A DNA stretch of 62,810 nucleotides, filler included. It is 3 parts of 3 records of this genome, joined end to end, with 100 filler letters (N's around TTAATTAATTAA, not from the genome) between each part and the next. Parts side by side here need not be neighbours in the genome. Positions count along the whole stretch, not along the records: positions 31,692 to 62,810 come from SRR31156797_12047; 2 more parts are not named here. One strand, written 5' to 3'. The translations under genes and the position numbers were made by a program. A model generated the notes under the pieces. The model saw only the letters and a program-made list of their open reading frames with translations. It did not search any database and was not told where the DNA came from. Shown piece by piece: positions 51,341 through 60,287 of the stretch (the stretch's first letter is position 1; the number at the start of each line of letters is the position of its first letter).

Positions 51341-51886
51341 ATGAATATTGGTGAAAAAATAAAACAACGTAGATTAGAACTAGGGTTACCGGTTGATGAT
51401 GTTGCAAAAAAGCTTGGTAAAAATAGAGCAACAATATACAGATATGAAAGTAATGAAATTGAGAATATGCCAATTACAGTATTGGCTCCATTAGCGAAAA
51501 TTCTTGAAACAACACCTGCGTATTTGATGGGATGGCTCGAAGAGCCATCTATAAATACTCATAATAATATATCTGTAACTAATAGTAGTAAAGTGGAGAA
51601 TTTAAACAATAATAAGAATCATCCAAACAAATTAGATAGTATAAAAAGAATAACTGATAATTTGGCGACGATGACGGATGAAGAGATTATTATGTTTGAA
51701 AGAGTGTTTAAGCATATGAAAGCCAATCCGAATATGTTTGAAGGTTTAGACGAAGAGATTATATATAATTTAGGCATGATAATGGGTGTTCTAAGCCATA
51801 TGGGAAATGTAGACAAGATAGATAAGGCATTTAAGGAATTAGAAAAGCTTAGTATATCGGATGAGGAAAATAAAATGAATAATTAG
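51341..51886 (+). CDS. CI-like repressor
   Basis: IGEKIKQRR...TIYRYESNEI...TPAYLMGW. Confidence 0.85.
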   Translation: MNIGEKIKQRRLELGLPVDDVAKKLGKNRATIYRYESNEIENMPITVLAPLAKILETTPAYLMGWLEEPSINTHNNISVTNSSKVENLNNNKNHPNKLDSIKRITDNLATMTDEEIIMFERVFKHMKANPNMFEGLDEEIIYNLGMIMGVLSHMGNVDKIDKAFKELEKLSISDEENKMNN

Positions 51887-52162
51887 CATTGTTGTAGTAT
51901 CATACAGTAATTTATATAAGTAGTTTAGTCAAAATCTATATAAATATTATGGTACAAATATTATAAAGGCATACTGTAAATCAATGGTTGTTTAAAATAG
52001 ATAAGCCAAGACTAAGTCAAGGTTTTTTTTCTTTTTTCCATTATTCCTTTTGTATTAGCGTACACTATTTGTAGTTCCTTTGTGTTCATTTCTTTGGTGG
52101 AGGATACTATATAATTCCTCCAACGTTCTCTTTCTCTGTCCACCTCAATACTTTCTCCTCAT

Positions 52163-52402
52163 TTATTCTATAAATATTTCATTTATTGGCTTTTCTAGAA
52201 CTCTAGCGATTCTCATAGCAATGTATACACTAGGAGCTGATTTATTCCTTTCTATGTCGCATAGTGTAGTACGCCCGATTAATACTAATTCAGATAATTG
52301 TTCCTGTGTAAGCTCTTTCTCTAATAATAACATATTGACCATATAATTACAATTATGTGCAGTTGCCTTTTTCTTGTCAATGAAATGTCGGTATTCCGAC
52401 AT
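52163..52402 (-). CDS. XRE-family HTH regulator
   Basis: LTQEQLSE...IERNK..PS...IARVL...INEIF. Confidence 0.75.
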   Translation of the reverse strand: MSEYRHFIDKKKATAHNCNYMVNMLLLEKELTQEQLSELVLIGRTTLCDIERNKSAPSVYIAMRIARVLEKPINEIFIE

Positions 52403-52596
52403 TTTTGTGGTGTATTTTTAATATTTGGGTGTATATTCTTCATTTATAATAATTTAATGTAACATATTTTTATTTACATGTATCAATGTAATAACAGGGA
52501 ATATAGGTGTGATGTGGGTAAGATGGTTGAATTTGACATATTATATGATATGGAGTAAAATATTGCTTATTATATTTAGAATAAAAGAGGTTTATT

Positions 52597-53099
52597 ATGA
52601 ATGAGAATAATGTAGAAACAAATGTAACTGAACAACAAAAGCCAAAAAAGAAATTCTATCAAAAATGGTGGTTTTGGGTAATAGTAGCTGTGTTACTGAT
52701 TGGTCTTTTAAATGGGGGAAATGATGACGATTCAAAGAGTGTCTCTCTTTATAAGCCACTGCAACGGCTGAACTTACACAGGTGCCAACACCTGAGCCTA
52801 CTTTAGAACCAGAGGGAACAGAAGAACTAACGGATGATATGACTGATGATCTATTAGCTGTTTTGATTGAAAGTTTTAAAGGAACTAGTACTGTTACAAT
52901 TGATAGAGAACTGAAGGTATATAATGTTATACCGACTGACCAGGGATTTACAGATAGCCTTAATGCTATAGCCGAAGGTGATACATCCCTGTTTGATGAA
53001 TGGGATATTATTTGTACTGGCTTTGAGGAATTGTCAGATTCTGTTTATGATATGACCCAATATTCGCTCTGTTGTTTTACTGTATGGATGGAGAGATGA
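52597..53099 (+). pseudogene. frameshifted membrane-anchored surface protein
   Basis: KKKFYQKWWFWVIV anchor ORF continues as ATATAELTQVPTPEPTLE in another frame near 52750. Confidence 0.55.
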
Positions 53100-53258
53100 T
53101 TGATAATTGAGAGTACTTCATGTTTTTATACAAATATAAAATGTTTAGGGTCAATTGAGTGATATATTGCGAAATATGGAATATAATACCATTTATATGA
53201 TTACTAAAAAATAGTAATATATATTTATTGAATCATATAATAGTATAACATTTAAAAA

Positions 53259-53287
53259 TTGACAATTGCAATGCTAGCAAGTATACT
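53259..53287 (+). promoter_or_regulatory. sigmaA promoter of four-gene cargo operon
   Basis: TTGACA-17-TATACT. Confidence 0.8.
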
Positions 53288-53350
53288 CATATTTGAATGT
53301 GTCTGGTATGACACATTTATAATTGCTTAACATGAAGTGGAGGGATAATA

Positions 53351-54613
53351 TTGTACGTTATAGAGTTACCCGAAAAATTTACGTCATACACTTTTTTTAA
53401 TGTTTTCTTATCACGGATAAAAGACTATATGCTAAAAAATAGAAATGAAAAGCTTATTATTGACATATCTTCAACTGTTGAGTTTGACAGTATAGCATTA
53501 GTACATCTTTTAGTACTAGGAACAGTATTGAAGAATAGTAGTATATCTGCTGAACTCATAATTGGAAACAATTCAAGAACAAAAGGTTATTTGTTCTATA
53601 TAAAGTTCTTCAAGCTAGCAGCCATGAATTATAATAATTTAGGTTCAATTTTCAAAATACCAAACCATGCTTATGGAGGATTTAACGATGTAGTTTATAA
53701 GAATATACCTCCTATATCTTTAAATAACAAAAATAAAAGTAATGAGTTTGATAAACATTATTCACCAATAATTAAAGAATTTTATGGAATAATTGATGAT
53801 AATACTGGATTAAATGACAGAAGTTATGCAGCTAGAAATAAATATTTAGCTGCTACAAATGTCATTACTGAATTATTGCTGAATATAGATGATCATTCAA
53901 AATCAATAGGATATTATACCATTCAAAAGGCAAAAAGTAACGGGGTATTTAAGATGTGTGTTAGTGATTGTGGTCAAGGAATATATAATTCGATTGTTAA
54001 TAAATTAGGTGTGAAACATAAGGATTATGAAGAAAAAAACTTTGAATTACAAATATTTACAAAGAAGCAATTTAATAAAAAGTCCGCAAAAGATGAAAGT
54101 GGAAATTACTTACTCGCAATAATTGAAGCATTATTTCATAGAGCTTCAGACTATTCATTATACAAAATGGGAGTAAATTATGGTTTGTTTGGTGTTACTG
54201 CACACACTATTAATTCTGGAGGTGTAGTTCGTATACATACAGGAGATGTGCAGTTAATAATAAACGAAAATTTATGGTCTAGCACTTTAAGTGAGACATC
54301 AAAAATAATAAATAGTATTGAAAAAATGAATTCATCAAGCATTCAGTATATAGACAAAATTGATTTAGTTAATGATAATGAGCAAATAAAAAAGCTAATT
54401 CATAGGTATAATGATGAACATAATACTAACCTGAAATCAATAGATGAAGTAAAAGACTTTGAGATTGATATATTGAAAAAGAAATTTAAAGAAATAGCAC
54501 TAAATAGAAAAGAACAAAAGTACCAGGTTACTAGTAAAAGATTAAGATTTTTTTATAGTAAGCTTGCAGGAACACATGTTGAGATTGAGATATATAAGCA
54601 ATATATATTATAA
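53351..54613 (+). CDS. STAS-like + HATPase_c (GHKL kinase-like) protein
   Basis: LIIDISSTVEFDSIAL; ELLLN, DCGQG, NYGL, GTHVEI; GGAGG RBS with TTG start. Confidence 0.75.
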   Translation: MYVIELPEKFTSYTFFNVFLSRIKDYMLKNRNEKLIIDISSTVEFDSIALVHLLVLGTVLKNSSISAELIIGNNSRTKGYLFYIKFFKLAAMNYNNLGSIFKIPNHAYGGFNDVVYKNIPPISLNNKNKSNEFDKHYSPIIKEFYGIIDDNTGLNDRSYAARNKYLAATNVITELLLNIDDHSKSIGYYTIQKAKSNGVFKMCVSDCGQGIYNSIVNKLGVKHKDYEEKNFELQIFTKKQFNKKSAKDESGNYLLAIIEALFHRASDYSLYKMGVNYGLFGVTAHTINSGGVVRIHTGDVQLIINENLWSSTLSETSKIINSIEKMNSSSIQYIDKIDLVNDNEQIKKLIHRYNDEHNTNLKSIDEVKDFEIDILKKKFKEIALNRKEQKYQVTSKRLRFFYSKLAGTHVEIEIYKQYIL

Positions 54614-54634
54614 AATAAAGGGAAGAAGGAACCA

Positions 54635-55654
54635 ATGGTAGAGGGACTAGAATATAGATTAACAGTAAATGAAGATTGTAAAATTGTATATTTAAATGCG
54701 CATCTGTTTAATGTAAATGATAATAAAACTAAGCACTTTAAGGATTTTAAACTAGATGGAAGCACTGCATCAAGTATTATAAATAGGATTAAACATTATG
54801 AAAATTCTGGTATTAATTTTCTTTATGTTATAGATTTAGATCTAATTTTAGAAGCTCATCACTTTTTTAAGAAATTCAAGAAATTATTTCAAAGCAAAGA
54901 TATAGAAATTTTCTTTACTAATGTTACTAGGAATGATATTAGTACTGTGTTGTGTGAAGAGATAGGTATTGATACTATTTTACAATCTTCATATAATATT
55001 AAACATTATTCGAGTGTATCAATAATAGAAAAATATGGATTGTTATTGTCTAGTATTTGTTTTAAGAAATTACGAAGAACACAGCTTCACACTCATTTAA
55101 TGAAAAAATCTTTAGAGCTTAAAAGTGATGATAGGAAATTAGAATATCTGAATTCTTCAAATTTATATACTGATTATTATATCAATGCTAAGACTTATTT
55201 TACACATCCAATATATTATTTTAAAGTTGTATATGAATTGTGTATAGAAATTCTATTGAGCAAAGCATCATTTGATTTTATTGTATCACCTAGTAATAAT
55301 GCAAGTATTTTGGCAACGGGAATAAGTCGACTGCTAGGAGTAGAATCTGTATGCTTGCATAACATTGGGCCAATACAATCCTTTAATGACAAGATGTTAT
55401 TTGAAAGAGTTCTCGCAGATAAAAGATACTTGTTTATTTACGACTTTATGTGTCTAGGGTCTGAGATGAGAAGAACAATGTTTGTATTAAGTCTAAAGAA
55501 TAGCAAGTTAGTAAGCGCAGTAGGAATATCGGTATTTAAGTTGCCATTTAGAAACCCAGATATAAAGATTTTTGATAATGTACACTACTTATTTAATATA
55601 AATGAACTAGACGAATATAATTACAATTGTTACTTTGAAGCTTCAGATAACTAA
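54635..55654 (+). CDS. degenerate type I PRTase-fold protein
   Basis: SSNLYTDYYIN, FDFIVSPSNNASILA, YLFIYDFMCLGSE. Confidence 0.65.
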   Translation: MVEGLEYRLTVNEDCKIVYLNAHLFNVNDNKTKHFKDFKLDGSTASSIINRIKHYENSGINFLYVIDLDLILEAHHFFKKFKKLFQSKDIEIFFTNVTRNDISTVLCEEIGIDTILQSSYNIKHYSSVSIIEKYGLLLSSICFKKLRRTQLHTHLMKKSLELKSDDRKLEYLNSSNLYTDYYINAKTYFTHPIYYFKVVYELCIEILLSKASFDFIVSPSNNASILATGISRLLGVESVCLHNIGPIQSFNDKMLFERVLADKRYLFIYDFMCLGSEMRRTMFVLSLKNSKLVSAVGISVFKLPFRNPDIKIFDNVHYLFNINELDEYNYNCYFEASDN

Positions 55655-55674
55655 AGCAAGGGGAGAATGTAAAA

Positions 55675-57387
55675 ATGCCAAATCGTAATAAGTTTTTAAA
55701 GAAATTCGAGGAAATGTCACCAGAATATTTTAGTAAATGGGAGAAAGCAAAGAATTTTCTGCAACCAATATTAGATAAAGAACTTGAGAATAATAAGTTT
55801 AATATATTTAGCGATATTGCTTATACTCCGCATGATTACAGTAGACATTGCAAAGGGTTGTATAGAAACTTGGATAAGATGTTAAATGATGATGTATATA
55901 ATAAAATAGGAGATGAAGGATTATATTATTTAGCTTGCTCAGTCCTTTTACATGATGTAGCTATGGCTGTAAATCCACTTTGTCGTGATTATCATGCTGA
56001 TGCGGGTGCAAAAATTACGTTTGGTGATATTAAAATCGATATATTAACAGATAATTACTATGGTGACATTAACAGAGCGGACTTATTGGATTTTACATTT
56101 AATAAGTATTCTAGTTTTGTTAAAAGTATAATAGAGGAGATAATAGGGGAAAGAGAAAGAGAGATTATTGCATATATAATACTAGGGCATTCAGATATAA
56201 AATTTAAGGGAGAACGTATAAATATACTAAAGGAGTTAGATAAGGCGAATATTGTATGTGAAGATTCTAATGCGGATCCAATTGATATTCAACTCTTAGC
56301 AGTTTTGTTAAGATTAGCAGATGAGTTAGATGTTACAAACCACAGAATTGCAGACCTTTCTCCAGAAATATATAGTCTTAGTCTTGAATCTACAAAGCAT
56401 TGGGACAAATTACGCCTTATAAAGAAGGTGGATATTCGTGATGATGGAAATATTAAACTAATTGTTAGTAACAATATAATAAGAGATAATTATAAATACT
56501 ACTTTAAACTATTATATGAAGTAGAAAATAAAATAAATGGAGAGCTTCAAAATCTACGTGAAACTAGTTTATATAGTAGGGTGCGTTGGATGAATTACAA
56601 TAAAGTACTATTTGTATTTGGGGAAAGACTAGAAGATGATTATAACAGATTTGTTGCTGATAGACTAGATGGAACTGTTTTTAGTACCATTGATTCCGAT
56701 GTTGTATCAGAGGTTGAGGAGTTTATTAAAGTGAAAAATCTGATCAAAGAGGTGCACTATAGAATTAGTGAAAGTTATTGTATTAGAGATTACGTAGATA
56801 CACATGACATAATTTCGAACACGGAGCTACTAAATAATATAAGCCTGGCATATCATGATAAATTAAATGAGATTTGGAATGATTACAGTAATGAGAATAC
56901 ATATGCGATAGGTATTGATATAGAGGGCATGATTATGGCTGCGAACTTCTCAATTAATTATGATATAGCTTTTTCATATGTGCTTAGTAATCATTTAACT
57001 CAAAAGCATGATGAACATGATAGGATAGTTAGATTTGACACATTCCCAAAGTATTTAATTATTTTTATAAGTGCAGTTGTAAGTTGTAATACGATTGATA
57101 AAGCAATAAATTATTTAATTGAAGTGGGGATAATATCAGGTGAAAGCTCTATAGCTGTTTTTACAATATTAGAAAGAAAACCTGCTAAATTATTCACGGA
57201 ATATAGAAAATATAAGGAGATTATAAAAACAAAGAATGGAATTCTTGAAAAGTACAATTTGGATAGTGGACATTTATATGCAATTACTTCAAAGTTTGAT
57301 GTAGAGATATGTCCAAAAAATCCTAATCAATGTCTACAATGTTTGTATTCTAGTGATAACCATAAAAAGGAGGCAAATACTTTATGA
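55675..57387 (+). CDS. HD phosphohydrolase fused to degenerate PRTase-like domain
   Basis: TPHDYSRH, LLHDVAM, H, GH, LRLADELD..R, KHW; IGIDIEGMIMA; C-terminal CxxxxxxCxxC. Confidence 0.75.
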   Translation: MPNRNKFLKKFEEMSPEYFSKWEKAKNFLQPILDKELENNKFNIFSDIAYTPHDYSRHCKGLYRNLDKMLNDDVYNKIGDEGLYYLACSVLLHDVAMAVNPLCRDYHADAGAKITFGDIKIDILTDNYYGDINRADLLDFTFNKYSSFVKSIIEEIIGEREREIIAYIILGHSDIKFKGERINILKELDKANIVCEDSNADPIDIQLLAVLLRLADELDVTNHRIADLSPEIYSLSLESTKHWDKLRLIKKVDIRDDGNIKLIVSNNIIRDNYKYYFKLLYEVENKINGELQNLRETSLYSRVRWMNYNKVLFVFGERLEDDYNRFVADRLDGTVFSTIDSDVVSEVEEFIKVKNLIKEVHYRISESYCIRDYVDTHDIISNTELLNNISLAYHDKLNEIWNDYSNENTYAIGIDIEGMIMAANFSINYDIAFSYVLSNHLTQKHDEHDRIVRFDTFPKYLIIFISAVVSCNTIDKAINYLIEVGIISGESSIAVFTILERKPAKLFTEYRKYKEIIKTKNGILEKYNLDSGHLYAITSKFDVEICPKNPNQCLQCLYSSDNHKKEANTL

Positions 57388-58007
57388 ACATTATTAAGCC
57401 TAGTTTTGAAATTCTTTCTGAGATTGATAGTACTAATATTTTATCATCAATTGAATTGTATGGAAGGGTTTGTTATAAGAGCGAAAATAAAATTACAAAT
57501 GAATCATCAAAGAAGTTTATAGGAATGCTTATTGGCAGGGGACATGAATCTGTGTTAGAACACGAAAAGATTAGTGTTAAGATAATATGTGATAGGGGAG
57601 TAACTCACGAAATTGTAAGGCACAGAATTGCTAGTTATAGCCAAGAAAGTACAAGATATTGCAATTACTCAAAAAATAAGTTTGGTAGTTCACTAACTTT
57701 TATTAAGCCTAGCTTTTGGGACGAAAACAGTCCACAATATAATGTATGGAAGAGTTCAATGAAGCGTATTGAAGATGAATATATGAAGCTTATTGAAATG
57801 GAGGCGGCACCAGAGGAAGCAAGAAGTATTCTGCCTAATAGCCTTAAAACAGAAATTGTAGTTACAATGAACCTAAGAGAATGGAGACATTTTTTCAGAT
57901 TGAGAACAAGTGACAAAGCACATCCTCAAATGCGTGAAATTTCTCGTCCATTATTGGACGAATTTAAAAAGCGAGTTCAAACTGTTTTTGATGATATTTC
58001 TTATTAA
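57384..58007 (+). CDS. thyX: flavin-dependent thymidylate synthase
   Basis: GHESVLEH, RHRIASYSQES (RHRx7S), NLREWRHF, AHPQMR. Confidence 0.95.
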   Translation: MNIIKPSFEILSEIDSTNILSSIELYGRVCYKSENKITNESSKKFIGMLIGRGHESVLEHEKISVKIICDRGVTHEIVRHRIASYSQESTRYCNYSKNKFGSSLTFIKPSFWDENSPQYNVWKSSMKRIEDEYMKLIEMEAAPEEARSILPNSLKTEIVVTMNLREWRHFFRLRTSDKAHPQMREISRPLLDEFKKRVQTVFDDISY

Positions 58008-58051
58008 TATTATACAAATGTTTTTTGTGTTATTCATTTAGATGTAGTTCG

Positions 58052-58096
58052 ATAAATACACCCTCTGGCACATTGTGTTTTGGAGGGTGTATTTAT
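58052..58096 (+). terminator. terminator-like hairpin closing the cargo operon
   Basis: perfect 14-bp ATAAATACACCCTC/GAGGGTGTATTTAT. Confidence 0.7.
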
Positions 58097-58167
58097 TCAA
58101 CAGTAGATTTAACAGAATAGCTAATGTATACAACAATGAAAAGCAGATACCTAACGATATGGTGAGA

Positions 58168-58207
58168 TTGCTTTGTTATTTAATTGTATGTATGATACAA
58201 TTAAATA
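58168..58207 (+). promoter_or_regulatory. MTase promoter with overlapping operator
   Basis: TTGCTT-17-TATGAT; 13-bp inverted repeat 58177-58189/58195-58207. Confidence 0.65.
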
Positions 58208-58232
58208 TACAAATATAACTATGAGGTGAACA

Positions 58233-59459
58233 ATGGCGATAAGCTATAATAAGCTTTGGAAATTGCTTAAAAATAGAGGAATGAATAAAACGCAATTGAA
58301 GGATGCAGCAGGAATTAGCTTTAACGTATTAGCCAGGTTGGGGAAAGACAAACCTGTTTCAATGGAGAGCATCGAAAGAATATGCTATGTGTTAGATAGC
58401 AATATTGGAGATGTAATGGAAATAGTTAATACTAATAAAGATAACCAAGGTAGAAAGTTCAAAGCCATTGAGTTATTTGCAGGGGCAGGTGGTTTAGCTC
58501 TCGGTGTAGAAATGGCAGGTTTTGATACTATAGGGTTAGTCGAAATAGACAAATATGCTTCTGATACACTGAAGCACAATAGACCAATGTGGAATGTAAT
58601 AAATGATGATATAGCTAAAATATCATCTCAAAACCTAGAACTGTATTTTGATATAAAAAAAGGTGATCTAGACTTGCTTTCTGGAGGCTCACCTTGCCAA
58701 TCATTTTCATATGCAGGAAATAGATTGGGTCTTGAAGATGCAAGAGGAACATTGTTTTATCACTATGCGAAGTTCTTGCAAAAGTTACAACCTAAAATGT
58801 TTCTATTTGAGAATGTAAGAGGACTATTGAGCCATGATAAGGGTAGAACATTCTCAACCATACATGATATATTTGAAGAAACTGGATACACAATTCAAAA
58901 AGATGTTCTTAACGCTTGGGATTATGGTGTGCCACAAAAGAGACAAAGGTTGATAACTGTTGGCATTAGAAATGATCTTACAGATAAGATTAGCTTTGAT
59001 TTTCCTGAACCACATGCATATAAACCTGTTTTAAGAGATATTCTATTGGATTGTCCTAAAAGTGAGGGATCTCCTTACTCAGAGTATAAGCGTAAGATAT
59101 TTGATTTAGTACCTCCTGGAGGATACTGGAGAGATATACCAGCGGACATTGCAAAGGAGTATATGAAGAGTTGCTGGAATATGGGAGGTGGAAGAACGGG
59201 GATATTGAGAAGGTTAAGTTTAGATGAACCTTGTCTGACTGTACTAACATCTCCGAGCCAGAAACAAACAGATAGATGCCATCCACTAGAACCAAGACCT
59301 TTTACTATTAGAGAAAATGCTCGTTGCCAGAGTTTCCCGGATGAATGGCATTTCTGTGGTAGCGTAGGGCAGCAGTACAAACAAATAGGAAATGCAGTGC
59401 CAGTTAAATTGGCATATGAGATAGCGTTAAAAATAAAAGAGGGATTAGAGAAATTATAA
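58233..59459 (+). CDS. dcm: C5-cytosine DNA methyltransferase with N-terminal HTH
   Basis: FAGAGG, GSPCQ, ENV, QKRQR, QIGNAVP; N-terminal Cro/C1 HTH. Confidence 0.95.
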   Translation: MAISYNKLWKLLKNRGMNKTQLKDAAGISFNVLARLGKDKPVSMESIERICYVLDSNIGDVMEIVNTNKDNQGRKFKAIELFAGAGGLALGVEMAGFDTIGLVEIDKYASDTLKHNRPMWNVINDDIAKISSQNLELYFDIKKGDLDLLSGGSPCQSFSYAGNRLGLEDARGTLFYHYAKFLQKLQPKMFLFENVRGLLSHDKGRTFSTIHDIFEETGYTIQKDVLNAWDYGVPQKRQRLITVGIRNDLTDKISFDFPEPHAYKPVLRDILLDCPKSEGSPYSEYKRKIFDLVPPGGYWRDIPADIAKEYMKSCWNMGGGRTGILRRLSLDEPCLTVLTSPSQKQTDRCHPLEPRPFTIRENARCQSFPDEWHFCGSVGQQYKQIGNAVPVKLAYEIALKIKEGLEKL

Positions 59460-60256
59460 TGTGGGATTTAAAATTTATAGGTGAAGAGGATTTTGTAAAG
59501 CATGTTGAAGCAACAATACAGAAGTATGGAGAGAAATTGGAACCATATGGCTTAAAGAGGTTTAATACAAATATTATTGATCCTATAAAGCTAATATTTG
59601 ATAAAACAGTATATCAATCAACCTGGGAAGAGATTGTTTCAAATGAAATATTCCGTCAGCGTGACAAATCAAATAACAATGATATCGGCTATTTTCATCA
59701 GCGTATATTTCAGTACATTGATAACTGTGTAGTTCCTCAAAAAGGTTGGGATGTAATTTATAATAACGAAGATGGTATTAGGTTACCTGATGATAGTATG
59801 GTTCATACTGTATATGTAGAATTAAAAAATAAGCATAACACAATGAATTCTTCCTCTGCTAGTAAAACATTTATCAGAATGCAAAACCAATTACTGCAAG
59901 ATGATGATTGTGCATGCTTTCTAGTGGAAGCAATTGCTAAAAAATCACAGAATATTAAATGGAAAACTACGGTTGATAAAGTCAAGGTTAGCCATAAATT
60001 AATACGAAGAGTTAGTATTGATGAATTCTATGCTTTAGTAACTGGTGAGGATGATGCTTTCCATCAAATGTGTATGGTATTACCAGGTATTATTCAAGAT
60101 GTAGTTGATAGACTTGGTGATGCTATTGTTCCAGAAGATACGGTTCTAAACGAACTAAAAGCGATAGCTCAAAAGCAAGACATTGATGATGATGATTTTG
60201 CTATTGCTATGGCTGCTTATATATTAGGATTTAGTACATATAAAGGGTTCAAATAG
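59459..60256 (+). CDS. type II restriction endonuclease, Eco47II/Sau96I-like
   Basis: IDPIKL.FD, RQRDKS..N.IG.FHQ, GWDV, ELKNKHNTMNS. Confidence 0.85.
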   Translation: MWDLKFIGEEDFVKHVEATIQKYGEKLEPYGLKRFNTNIIDPIKLIFDKTVYQSTWEEIVSNEIFRQRDKSNNNDIGYFHQRIFQYIDNCVVPQKGWDVIYNNEDGIRLPDDSMVHTVYVELKNKHNTMNSSSASKTFIRMQNQLLQDDDCACFLVEAIAKKSQNIKWKTTVDKVKVSHKLIRRVSIDEFYALVTGEDDAFHQMCMVLPGIIQDVVDRLGDAIVPEDTVLNELKAIAQKQDIDDDDFAIAMAAYILGFSTYKGFK

Positions 60257-60287
60257 TTAGATATAAATATAGAGGTTAGATATAGAA

